A stretch of DNA of 64,000 bases from Naegleria gruberi (lineage: Eukaryota): assembly GCA_000004985.1 (NCBI GenBank), contig GG738905.1. One strand, given 5' to 3'. The translations under genes and the position numbers were made by a program. Shown here in pieces: positions 11,853 through 22,383 of the stretch; the first letter of the stretch is position 1, and every line of letters begins with the position of its first letter. The notes under the pieces were generated by a model. It worked only from the letters and a program-made list of their open reading frames with translations. It did not search any database and had not been told where the DNA came from.

Positions 11853-12754
11853 TTAGAATTGCCAAGGAGGTCATTAGCTCTCACAGATACAAAGAGAGCA
11901 CTGACAAGAACTACAGAAGATATTGGGTGCGCTTTATTAGATTTAACATTGAAAGAAAGGCTTGTTTTCCTCCTTCAGAAGATAATCTTATTGCTTTCCT
12001 GACGAACATGTTCCTTAAAACACCGTCAGGAAGCAACTGCAGTGCAGCATATGCTGCTATCATGGCATTTGCCAAGAAATTTAGTTTAGATCAGGGAATG
12101 CGAGGAGATAATATTCGAGAAGTTTTAAATGGAATGACTAATCTTTCAAGAGTGGCTAGTGAGAAGGAAAGAAATGCTTGGCAACTAGAATTTATTAGAA
12201 AGTGGGTGAGCATAGGTAGGAGAAGCGTGTCTGACAGAGAATTTGTATTATACACATCTATGATGATCATAGGTCTACGAACTATGTTGAGAGGAAGTGA
12301 ACTTGGTGAACTAAAGACCGAAGATGTTCAATTTCTTCGCTTGGAGAATGGTAAAATGGCAGTCAAATTGAAATGTAGAAGAGTTAAATCTAGTCAGGGT
12401 AGAATGGGTAGAATTATGTGTATAGAGAGTACAGGAAATGATTTGTGCCCAGTATCTTGGTTGAATAGGTGGATGGTGTATAGAGATCAAGGTGATTACT
12501 TATTTGGTAATAGTAAGGCTTTGACTACAATCGACATTTCGTGGATACTGAGATTTGTGGCGTCAGTTATTGGAGTAGATGGATGTTTCTCCTCTCATTC
12601 TTTAAGAATTGGAGGTGCTAATGAAGCAGCTCAAGCAGGTTTTTCTCTCGCTGCTATTCAAGCTTTAGGCAACTGGTCTTCAAATGCGGTTGACAAATAT
12701 TTCAGATCTGAGTTTTTCTATAGTAGAAACGTATCAAAAGAATTGGGTTTCTAG
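11830..12754 (+). CDS. DIRS-like element tyrosine recombinase (YR). This is the 3' part of the long frame-2 ORF.
   Basis: N-terminal SAM-like motif YRRYWVRFIRF. Box I R in LRGSELGELKTEDV. H-x-x-R in HSLRIGG. Catalytic Y in AVDKYF. Confidence 0.7.
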
Positions 12755-12796
12755 TAGGGGCTCATTGTTTTCGTATTTATTGGTGTGTAGTTGGAT

Positions 12797-13240
12797 AAAT
12801 TGAAGTGAGTACCCCACTCACTAAGGTTTATTGTAAACTACACACACCAATAAATATGAAAAATTTTTGTCTGAAAAAATTTCAACACAGCAAGATGTTA
12901 AAAGACAAGATTTACGCTCCCACCANNNNNNNNNNNNNNNNNNNNNNNNNNNNNNNNNNNNNNNNNNNNNNNNNNAAAGTCTTCATCTTCTGAATATGAT
13001 TCAAAGAAAGTTGCCTAATTTATGAGAATGGATGAGAATGGATGGATTGAAAGCATTTCATCTCATTGAGAATGAGTATTGACAATAATAGTAGAATCAT
13101 TCAATGTCGATTTGAAACTATTTCAAATAAATTTCGTTATTGCAATCTGCCACATTTTTTAAGTGTTTGGTGACAAATGTTGGTCAGTTTGTTATTTTCC
13201 ATTTTTGAGGTGTCACGCCGATTTCTTGAATGAAAGATTT
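12797..13240 (+). repeat. Right terminal repeats of the DIRS-like element, B' then A', separated by a scaffold gap.
   Basis: B' is a direct copy of 8794..8920 and A' a direct copy of 8543..8793. B' is preceded by the 19-nt inverted repeat tatttattggtgtgtagtt / aactacacacaccaataaata, which can form a hairpin. Confidence 0.7.
12926..12975. other. Assembly gap of 50 N inside the right terminal repeat of the retroelement.
   Basis: A run of N. Confidence 0.95.
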
Positions 13241-15119
13241 CTCTTGTTGAACGTGATTTCCAGATATCAAGCTAAATGAAAATCCAAATGTTGTCGATAT
13301 TCGTTGAAATTGAAAATTCATGAAGGAAAGCAACATTTCCATACAATTACAATTTGTTTCTTATCACCACTCGAGATGATCTTGTTTCATGTGATCTTTC
13401 GAATGAACTTGTGAAAGATCCTAATTACAAAAGTGAAACTGTTCAATAAAAATTACGTTAAATGCAATGTTTTAAAGATGTTGATGAATATTTCATTTAC
13501 AGTCGTCCTCAAAAGGTAATATACTGTCGAGTTCACTCATTCCCAATTACGAAAACATTTCTAATAATTCATTCAACATCCAATAGAGAATCTTCAAACT
13601 ATGAAAACATGATCTCCACAATCTCCCCATTAAGTCGAATATTCCAAACCAATTAGTACTTTGAATTAAGGGCATTTAACCTATTTGGATGCTTATTTCC
13701 CCTTAATTGGACAATTGCACTACGGTACTTCCTCAACAGTCCATTGAGATTTTTTAGATAAAATACCCAAAATTCAAGGCACCTTGAAAATAGTTTAAAG
13801 GAAGCCATGCATGTGAGATGATGAAGAAGGCATGTTTGCATGCGAAAGTTATGATGAAATCTAGTCATGTACATGTTGGTGCACATGACAGTATGTGAGA
13901 AGATTACATGTCTACTCTTTGATGTTGTAAGGGCATGTCTGAATGAAAATCCACACATTGGATGGAGATGTATGTGTGATGATAAGAGAGATACTCATCT
14001 TGATTAGATCTTTTACTTCTGCAGAGTTGGAAATAATTAAGAACTGTTTGTCAATAGTACTTACCAAGTTTTTGTTTTCCTTCATGTAATCATGGTGATG
14101 TAAATTGACATCATGTTTGTCAAGAATGAACATGAATCAAGTGTTTAGCATGGAGTGGTTGTGCGTCACTACTCCATCAACATGTGAAATTATTTCACAC
14201 CAACAAGAACAAAAGGTAATTTAGCAACAAAACACATATATGGCAAAGCACACCCCCATTATCACCAAGCAAACTGTTCTTTCAAGATGTTCCATCACCT
14301 CACTTGAATCTCGGTTAGTGGTGCTACCATTGAAAGTTGTTGATTTAAATCTTGTCCACCAAAAGATGAGAGGAAGTAGTGCGCACCTCATTGTTGCCTG
14401 GTTGGTGATGTTGTTCTTGTTGTTGAATTGGTAATAACCAACTCAAACAAACAGCCTCAACAAGAGTGCATTTCATTGCTTTGCAATTTGCTTTCTTTTT
14501 TTCTAAAGTGTTGTTCATCATCATATCGCTTAATATTTATTTTAAGAGAGTAATCAGGTGGTGTGTGATTCTTGGACTAGTAGTGCGCAGAGTGATTATT
14601 AGTATTATTATTATTAATTATAATCAATTATTTATATCTTTAAAATCATCAACACATCAAATATTTAATAAGGGTTTGAGTTGTTTCCCGCCAAAAATAT
14701 AATTGACTCTTGAAAGGGGTAGGTACCTACCTGATCATTTATTTATAATATTATTTAATATTATAATATCTAAGATCTTGCTTCGAAACTCTATCAATTG
14801 ATTTCTTTTAAATTTTTAAGAACTGTAGAATCATAAGAATTACCAAATAGAACGGACCAAAGCAAAAGAGAGTAAAATCTGCGATATATCTCAAATCACA
14901 TCCAATTTAATCTTAAGAATCCGAGATTCTATTTTTACGCCAAGTCGCTACAAGTACGGAAGTAAAGAGCCATAGAGTGAAATTTTTTTGCTATTAGATT
15001 GTGGACTCCATTGTGTTTTAGTGGTCGAGTGACAGTTTCAAAGTTATAAGAAACTCTAAAAAATTGAACACATCTCTCACTTTGAGGTTCCATTACTGAG
15101 AGAATAGTTTCGAATAATT

Positions 15120-16856
15120 ATGTCGGAAAGTGACGAATCTTCAAGGGAGGAATTGGCAACGAACAGTGTTTCGAATAGTGCTTCATCTGCTGTTGGTTAT
15201 CTACATGTGAAAATGCCCCAAACAATTCTCTCAAAACGACAAAGACCAGGCATAAACTATTCAAATCAGCAACAACACAAAAATCCATCATCAGACCCAT
15301 CACAATTTAACATTGTAGACGAAACAGACAAGACAACACTCGATGTCAATAAGAAACTAAGAAAGAAGCGAAAGAAAAATCTACCTCCATTCCTTTCGAA
15401 TACATGTCAACAACAAAAATCATCAACACCAAACAGCAGCAACGACAATTTAAATAATGGTAATAATAATGAAGAGGAAATTTTGGATTCAATCGAAGAT
15501 ATCGATCCTTCCATCAAGGTCTATGCATTCGAAAAACCACTAATGACAAGCGCTACCAATTTTAAAGATAATTACTTCATACTGACACCTGTCGTGAACA
15601 ATACTACATCTAGCACATCTAATAATGCTACTGTTAATTCTACAACTCAACATGTTTCCTCTCCATCAAGAAAATCTCAAAATCAAACTATCTCAACTAA
15701 TCCGCACCGAAAAAATTCTAGACGAAAATGTTCGTCTTCCTCCTCTTCAAACTCTTCCAATAACAATAATACTTCAGCAGCATTACTTTCGAATAATAAT
15801 CTGTCTAGTACTACTCCACATGTTGTAAATTCGACAAGTGCTGTACATGTTCATAACGCTAGGAAATCGAGTCAACAACAACAACAAGTATCACATGTGA
15901 TTATTGAGTATCCACAACAACATCAACAACAACAACTTGCAAATCAACAACAGTGTGAATTAGGTGGATATGAGAATGGTAATACGGTGTTCAAGTTTGG
16001 TAATTCCTCATCTGTTCGTGAAGTTTCTGGCATGGATAAATTGACTGAGAATCCCCTTAATGATTTTTTACAACTACAATCCTCGTTGAATAGTAATAAT
16101 GCGGGTAATAGTGGTGTGTCTTCGGCAGTTGCCTTGCTAGCATCAGTATTGGCCAATAACCAAGTTTCGAATAATGATTCGAATGGTTCATCTATGGCTT
16201 TTGATTACGATTCCATGATATCCATGTTGGATAAATTGCTTTGCAGGCAACCAAACATGTCATCTTCATCTGGTGCATCTTCATCTGATAACATGTTATA
16301 CAACATGCACAATAATAACACAACTAGTCCAACAAGTTTAGTTTCAAATACTAATCCTTCAAATCTATTCATGACAAGTGGCAACAACATGCAACATGGT
16401 ACCTCCTCCACAACATCCCAAAATCAACTCAATAATTTATCCCTTCAACTCATTTCACAAATTGTTGAACTCTTAATTCAACGATATCAACAACAATTAC
16501 AAAGCGTATTAAGCCAAAATCAAATATCGAATTCTTCATCATTGAATAATTCTCCAATTTCCAATCCAACCTCCAATTTTGTACAACATTTATTTAATCA
16601 AGATCCTCAAGTTTCGAATATTTCGACGAACCTATCTCAATATATAATGAATGCTCGATTTCCATCCAATGATGATTCGAATAATCAATTGCCACAAATG
16701 GTAGATCAGCAACAACTGAATCAGACATCCATGCAACCAAATAATGTTTCGTCCTCCTCAAACGAAACAATTTCACAACAAGACATTCTAAGGTTTATTC
16801 TCCAAAATCAACATCTTCTCTTTCCAAATTCGAATAATCAATCAAATAATCAATAA
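15120..16856 (+). CDS. Hypothetical 578-aa N/Q/S/T-rich low-complexity (prion-like) protein.
   Basis: The long ORF has poly-Q runs (QQQQQVSH, QQHQQQQLANQQQ) and poly-N/S tracts. I recognise no globular domain. Confidence 0.45.
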   Translation: MSESDESSREELATNSVSNSASSAVGYLHVKMPQTILSKRQRPGINYSNQQQHKNPSSDPSQFNIVDETDKTTLDVNKKLRKKRKKNLPPFLSNTCQQQKSSTPNSSNDNLNNGNNNEEEILDSIEDIDPSIKVYAFEKPLMTSATNFKDNYFILTPVVNNTTSSTSNNATVNSTTQHVSSPSRKSQNQTISTNPHRKNSRRKCSSSSSSNSSNNNNTSAALLSNNNLSSTTPHVVNSTSAVHVHNARKSSQQQQQVSHVIIEYPQQHQQQQLANQQQCELGGYENGNTVFKFGNSSSVREVSGMDKLTENPLNDFLQLQSSLNSNNAGNSGVSSAVALLASVLANNQVSNNDSNGSSMAFDYDSMISMLDKLLCRQPNMSSSSGASSSDNMLYNMHNNNTTSPTSLVSNTNPSNLFMTSGNNMQHGTSSTTSQNQLNNLSLQLISQIVELLIQRYQQQLQSVLSQNQISNSSSLNNSPISNPTSNFVQHLFNQDPQVSNISTNLSQYIMNARFPSNDDSNNQLPQMVDQQQLNQTSMQPNNVSSSSNETISQQDILRFILQNQHLLFPNSNNQSNNQ

Positions 16857-16988
16857 ATTGAAAGTTTGAAACTCTTCTCAAAACTTCAATAATTGTCATT
16901 GTAATCTTAATTCGCATCTTTACAATGACAAGTTCACATTTCCAATCAGCGCTGATGAACTTGCCACAAAATTTACAATAAAAAAAAA

Positions 16989-17963
16989 ATGGCATCACTT
17001 GAGGAACAGCTTTTACTTCGTCGTCAATTAATCTTCTCCAAAGTTACGGAAAAGATTGGACCTTCCCTTCCCAATGATGATAAAAAAGAGGCAAATTTAA
17101 TGATTCGGGTGGCATGTTTCGTCTATAAAAAAGATGGAGCCGATCGACATTGGAAAGACCTGTTGCAAGCCTTGACTGATACCTCACATCCTAAGGAGAG
17201 AATTATTAAGAAAGATGATCACAGTGATGGACATGAGATGATGCCTCACTTGTTGAATTTGAAAAGAGTTCAATTTGAATGTATTCAATTTGATCCGAAT
17301 GATATTGGAAATGGTCAATTGATAACTAAAAAGATACATGTTGTGTTTTGTGGAGGAGGATTGGGTCCTGCACATGCTAGTCAATTGGGAGGAAAAGGAA
17401 AGAGGGAAATTATCAAGTTCTTGGAACAGGGAGGAGGTTATATTGGATGTTGTGCTGGAGCTTATTTAGCATGTAGGTAATCTGTGATATTTATTGAATA
17501 TTCTAATATTGAATGGAATGAAAAATAGGCACAGCGTATGATGCTTCTTTAAGTTTCTGGAATTATGGATTGATTGACTATCATATTCTTGATTTGTCAA
17601 TGTGAAAACACTCCACAAGGTTCTGATATTCTCGTTTCAAACTTGAACGACTCTATTAGAAATGTCTATTACAGAAATGGACCTCTCTTTACACCAGTTA
17701 CAGATGAAAAACTTCGTGAAAAGTATTCGGGAAACAAGATTGGACAATCGATGGTTTTACAAAATTTCAAACAAGAATTCACAAAGAAGAAGGTTGATTT
17801 GGAATCCAAATCAGTCATGATCGATACTCCCTCCATAATTGCCAATCAATATGGTCAGGGAAGGGTTGTGGTGTTTAGTGCACACCCAGAAGCTTCAGAT
17901 GAACAGGTTAGAAATGAATTCAAATGTGCCTTTGTTTGGGCTTCCTCTCAATTGATTTATTGA
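16989..17963 (+). CDS. Class-I glutamine-amidotransferase-like (BPL_N/DJ-1-like fold) protein. Probably two exons, 16989..17472 and 17620..17963, joined by a 147-nt intron with GTAGGT...AG.
   Basis: Nucleophile-elbow-like GYIGCCAGAYLAC sits at the end of exon 1. The downstream exon carries GRVVVFSAHPE. Both ORFs are in frame 0, separated by a stop at 17571..17573. The proposed splice joins ...AYLAC|SDILVSNL... The intron coordinates are uncertain. Confidence 0.45.
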
Positions 17964-17973
17964 AAACACAATC

Positions 17974-18546
17974 TTAATGATTTTTTGGTAGTGTAACTGC
18001 CAATGTGATAATGACAATGAGGATGGACAGACAGACATTGAATGCCACCAATGACCAAAATGTTGATTTTGCCAATTGTCCATATTTTCTTGCTCCTCTC
18101 ACTTCATGACTTGAATATTTAAAGACAAACATGTATGGAATGCAAGCAAAGAAGGGTGTAAAGATGAAGAATACTAGAAATGAAATGACAGTAGCAATCA
18201 AAAAGGCATTCTTTGCCTTGTCAGTTTGATGTTTCTCATGAAACCAATTGTTGGTTCCAGCATTTGTGTAGGGATGTTCTTGTCTATTCACAAGAGGAGT
18301 TGAGGTTGTTTCAGCTGTTGTAGTATAAACCTGCTGTTGTTGCTGAGGAGGAATCAGATTTTGTTTCAAATTCTCATGGAATGGATGCGATGTATAATGA
18401 ATCGCTTGAGGAGGTGGAGGGATTTCTCCATTACTTGGATAGGCAGAATTACTGTACGAAGTAGAATTGACTGTTGCTTGGTAATTGGTTGGATTCATTT
18501 TTTCAAAATTTGTTTCTTCAATTTGAAATGATCTTATTTCAAACAA
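17974..18546 (-). CDS. CD225/dispanin-like small membrane protein with an N-terminal P/Q-rich tail.
   Basis: Two hydrophobic helices, FLIATVISFLVFFIFTPFFA and FWSLVAFNVCLSILIVIITLAV, flank the short loop EVRGARKYGQLAKS. The layout resembles the IFITM/PRRT family. Confidence 0.45.
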   Translation of the reverse strand: MFEIRSFQIEETNFEKMNPTNYQATVNSTSYSNSAYPSNGEIPPPPQAIHYTSHPFHENLKQNLIPPQQQQQVYTTTAETTSTPLVNRQEHPYTNAGTNNWFHEKHQTDKAKNAFLIATVISFLVFFIFTPFFACIPYMFVFKYSSHEVRGARKYGQLAKSTFWSLVAFNVCLSILIVIITLAVTLPKNH

Positions 18547-18826
18547 TTGCCTCTTTTGGAATTGTTACAAAATTGGAAATGTAATATTTTTACATTAAAA
18601 TACTCTCAAAGAAAAAGGTTTATTTTGGAGTAATTTTGGTCGTACGAAGGAAGAGGAATAAACGTAGTGGTTGTCGTCGTAGTGGAGGAAACGAAAGGAT
18701 TAAGATTCCAAAGTTCCTGCGCTTATAAGCTTTTATTCATTAATTTTCCAAATTGATTTTGAAATGATATTTGAATTAGGGGCATTGTGATGGATAATGA
18801 TGGACACACATGTGGTTTACATGTGG

Positions 18827-19376
18827 TTAGTCTTGAATGGGTTGATAGGCATGTCCTTGAGAATCATAATATTCAGGAGGAGGAGAATCTTCATATGCTG
18901 GAGGTTGTGTAGTGGTGCTCAATTGACCACTTCGTGTTTTCTCAGGAATTATTCCAAAATCTTCAGCTAACAACTCAATTGTGAGTGTTCCCTTTTGTGC
19001 ATTGTGCAAATTCAAAGTCAATTGTTGAGCTATTCCTTTTTCCAAACTGTCCAATGACACTGATGCCTTGCCAATCACATCATTCACCAATCGATCATAA
19101 TCAAAAACTTCAAAATAAATAGTTTCTATCTCAGGATTAAAATTTGAAGGTAAATCCATGTGGAAAGTGGCATTCCAATCTGGATTGCAATTCTTCTTGA
19201 TGACTTCTGTTCGTAATTGAATGGTACCGAGTTGAATTTTGACAAATGGATCTTTAAACAATTAATGGAATGTTAAACAAGATAATTTGATGAGAAATAA
19301 ACTTACCAGAAGTGCCTCCTCGATCCTTTGCATCTAAATCTCGGCAGTTAATAACTGTTAATTTGAGTTTTGGCAT
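18827..19376 (-). CDS. SRC2-like C2-domain protein, copy 1 of a tandem array. Exons 19307..19376 and 18827..19251, with a 55-nt phase-1 intron.
   Basis: Exon 1 reads MPKLKLTVINCRDLDAKDRGGTSG. Exon 2 reads DPFVKIQLGTIQLRTEVIKKNCNPDWNATFHMDLP...[10 protein letters not shown]...[15 protein letters not shown], a C2 beta-sandwich signature, followed by a P/Y/Q tail. Confidence 0.7.
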
Positions 19377-19451
19377 TTTTTTGATTGATATGACGCTTGA
19401 CTTTTGTGAAAAAGGATACATGTCGGACTAATAAGGTTTATAGTTCAACAT

Positions 19452-20294
19452 TTATTGATTATATTGTGGTGGATAACTTGGTGGTGGTGGTTGAGAATAA
19501 CCAATTGGTGGATACCCTTGAAAATTTTGATTTGGATATTGAGATTGATCTGAATATTGAGGTGGTGGTGGTTGACATTGAGATTGATCTGAATATTGGG
19601 GAGGAGGAGGTTGTGAATTGAATGAGTTATCATTTTGAGGAGGAGGTTGATTAGGAATTGGGTATTGAGGAGGTGATACAGATGATTGATTATTCGAATA
19701 GTATTGAGGTGGAGGAGGAGATGAATTGCTGCTATCGTATTGTGGAGGTGGAGGAGTGGGAGGTTGTGTGTTAAAATTATTAATATTCGAATGATTATAA
19801 TTCAATTGAGTGGCACTTCTGTTGTGAACAGATTGTTGTGTTGGCAGAGTTGGTGGTTTAATTTCTGGAATTATTCCAAAATCCTCAGCTAGTAACTCAA
19901 TGGTGAGTGTTCCTTTGTGTGCATTGTGTAAATTCAATGTCATTTGTTGAGCTATTCCTTTTTCCAAGTTGTCCAATCGAGCAGATGTCTTTCCAATCAA
20001 ATCATTTGATGAAAATCTATCATAATCATAAACATCAAAGTAAATACTTTCAAATTCTGGATCAAATTTTGCTGGCAAATCCAAATTAAAAACAGCATTC
20101 CAATCTGGGTTACAATTCTTCTTGACAATTTCAGTTTTAACTTGAAGAGTGCCAATTTTAATTTTGACAAATGGGTCTTTAAAGAGTCATGATGATTTGA
20201 TATTATGTCAACAATTTAACCTACCTGAAGTGCCACCCATATCTTTGGCATCTAAATCCCGAGCATGAATAACTGTGAGTTTGAGTTTTGGCAT
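19452..20294 (-). CDS. SRC2-like C2-domain protein, copy 2. Exons 20225..20294 and 19452..20176, with a 48-nt intron. It has a long P/Q/S/N/Y-rich tail.
   Basis: It is paralogous to copy 1: MPKLKLTVIHARDLDAKDMGGTSG | DPFVKIKIGTLQVKTEIVKKNCNPDWNAVFNLDLPAKFDPEFESIYFDVYDYDRF... The tail carries PPPPQY repeats. Confidence 0.7.
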
Positions 20295-20409
20295 TTTTTT
20301 AAAGTTGACTTGGTTTGTGATTGATGTTTAGATTCCATTATTGAAATTACAATAAATTCATTGATAAGCATTAAATTGCTAGTTTAAATTACAAATTTAT
20401 AGTACACAA

Positions 20410-21490
20410 TTATTGGAATGGTTGTGGAGGATATCCCATTTGAGGTGGGTAACCCATTTGAGGTGGGTAACCCATTTGAGGTTGTTGAGGGTAACCTTGC
20501 ATTGGCTGTTGTGGATAGCCTTGCATTGGTTGTTGAGGATAACCTTGCATTGGTGGTTGTTGTGGATAACCTTGTTGCATTTGAGGGTAACCTTGCATTG
20601 GTGGTTGTTGTGGATATTGTTGATAACCCATTTGAGGTTGTTGTTGGGGATAACCTTGCATTGGTTGTTGTTGAGGGTAGCCCATTGGTTGTTGAGGATA
20701 TCCATAACCTTGCACTCCCTGTGGTTGATAACCCATTGGTTGTTGTTGTTGTTGTTGTGGATAACCATAACCTTGAACTGGTGGACCTTGATTGAGTGGT
20801 TGTGATTGAGTAACTGATTGAGTTGGCATGGCTTGTCCAAAATCTTCAGCCAACAATTCCACAGTCAAAGTACCCAACTTGGAATATTGCAATTTGAGAT
20901 CGACACGTTGTGGTTGTCCCTTATATAAAGTTCCCAAAGCAACTGTTGCCTTACCAATAATATCATTTCCTCCAAAACGATCATAATCATAAACTTCAAA
21001 GACAGCACTTTCACTGGCTGGATTAACAGAAGGAGGCAAATCAAAGAACAAGGTTGTGTTCCATGTTGGATTGCAATTTTTGCTGATGTGATCAGTCTTT
21101 CTTTGAACGGAACCAATTGTTACTCTAACATATGGATCTAAATAGTATTAATTAATTAATATATAATGATGATGATAATGAATGATTATTAATATATATA
21201 TGAATAATATTTGTTAACCAATCACAAAATCATTGTTAATGTACAAAACAATATTAAATATATTAAAATCGATTGTACATTGTAGTTGAATAACACAAAT
21301 AATATAAGAAATATTTCATTGTTATAAGAAATTCATCATCATGGATGTAACATCACCAAAATTCATCATCATCATCACATGTAAAATTAAATCATCATCA
21401 AATTCGCATCATCAACCTACCAGAAGTACCACCAACATCCTTTCCTTCCAAATTTCTAGCAGAAATAACAGTAATCTTGAGTTTGCCCAT
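20410..21490 (-). CDS. SRC2-like C2-domain protein, copy 3. Exons 21421..21490 and 20410..21137, with an AT-rich intron of about 283 nt. The tail is made of (Q/M)GYPQQP repeats.
   Basis: [24 protein letters not shown] | [55 protein letters not shown]... The tail reads [28 protein letters not shown]. Confidence 0.65.
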
Positions 21491-21708
21491 TCTTTGTGTG
21501 TCTATTTTTTGCTAAAGTTTCCATTCCGTGTTGCTTGTTTGAGAAACTCATCGCGTTTCATGTGTTTTATAAATAAGAATGGATCGCTCATGTTCATGTG
21601 TGTATTTTTACCGCCAAAAAAAACTACAATATGAACTTTGTTTTATTCCTTACCTCTGGGGTTGATGATGGGAATGTAAAATTATAATTTAATATAACAG
21701 TTAGTTTA

Positions 21709-22080
21709 TTAAGTTTGACTTGGATGAGGAGAACCTCTCAAGTGAGGAAGAATAGTATGATGTTGGGAATGATGAGGTTTGAAATGAGAAATAATTGGTC
21801 TGATTATATGATGAGAACCAAATACTTTGAATGGTGGTTGGACGGTATCACCCGATTGTTGTGGTGTAGGAATGGAAATTTGTGGCAATTGTTCTTGTTG
21901 GACGGTATCACCTGATTGTTGAGGGGTTGGAATGGAAACTTGTGGTAATTGTTCTTGTTGGACAGTATCGCCTGATTGTTGTGGAGTTGGAATGGAAATT
22001 TGTGGAAGTTGGCAATCAACTAAACAATTGGCAATAATGAAGCATGAAATGAATAGCAAGAGAATGAGAAATTTAGTCAT
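21709..22080 (-). CDS. Small secreted protein of 123 aa with three tandem 20-aa repeats (QLPQISIPTPQQSGDTVQQE).
   Basis: Signal peptide MTKFLILLLFISCFIIANCLVDC. There are three near-perfect 60-nt repeats at the DNA level, about 21815..22000. Confidence 0.45.
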   Translation of the reverse strand: MTKFLILLLFISCFIIANCLVDCQLPQISIPTPQQSGDTVQQEQLPQVSIPTPQQSGDTVQQEQLPQISIPTPQQSGDTVQPPFKVFGSHHIIRPIISHFKPHHSQHHTILPHLRGSPHPSQT

Positions 22081-22383
22081 CTTTTTTGAAAATGTTACTA
22101 ATACCTTTTCATTCTTCCTGAATTTGAATCATTGTAATGCCAATGAACAATGTTAAATTGATATGTTTCGTTTAAGGATATTTACAGTTTAAAGATTTTT
22201 CCCAAGAGAGGATTTGGACACTTTGGTATTTTCAAGCAGATGGTAATGTTATATTTATATAGTAATTCATCTTTTGTGAAGTTAGAAATCCAACTGTTTG
22301 TGACCTCTGCGTGTTAGAAGAAGAAGGAGAACTATATAAGGAAGATAATGTATTATTTACACAATTTCAAGAAGAAATTCAAA

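Larger units (their letters stand above)
8543..13240 (+). mobile_element. DIRS-like (tyrosine-recombinase) retrotransposon, apparently full length at about 4.7 kb, with non-LTR-style terminal repeats laid out A-B-[ORFs]-B'-gap-A'.
   Basis: It encodes gag with a CCHC knuckle (CFKCGEVGHLAKNC). It encodes RT (FDLKSGYHQ, LPFGWNGSP, YLDDVQIV), RNase H (WTDASDWGWGA ... EENYMADGISR) and an MT-like region (FDRFASHVSF ... AFSTLW ... CVPFNLI ... IHPVWKRRFWWP). It ends with a tyrosine recombinase (YRRYWVRFIRF, LRGSELGELKTEDVQF, HSLRIGGANEAAQAG, LGNWSSNAVDKYF). Repeat A 8543..8793 matches A' 12976..13240. Repeat B 8794..8920 matches B' 12797..12925. Confidence 0.85.

Noticed and set aside
12926-12975. 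N-runs at 12926..12975, 58444..58492 and 63120..63169 (the X-runs in ORFs 12805..12993, 58422..58658, 62634..63173 and 62954..63205) as biological features
   Set aside because: They are fixed-length scaffold gaps of 49-50 N. ORFs spanning them are artefacts.
13653-14133. ORFs 13653..13958 and 13912..14133 (minus) downstream of the retroelement
   Set aside because: No motifs, odd composition (H/C/M-rich), no splice context. Likely non-coding.
20413-20805. Plus-strand ORFs antisense to the C2-gene tails (e.g. 20413..20805, 20418..20795, 22311..22655, 22348..22719) and minus-strand ORF 22353..22727 in an alternative frame of the same sense strand, with exotic L/W/V- or H/N/K-rich translations
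   Set aside because: They are alternative-frame and antisense readings of the codon-repetitive GYPQQ tails. No independent coding signal.
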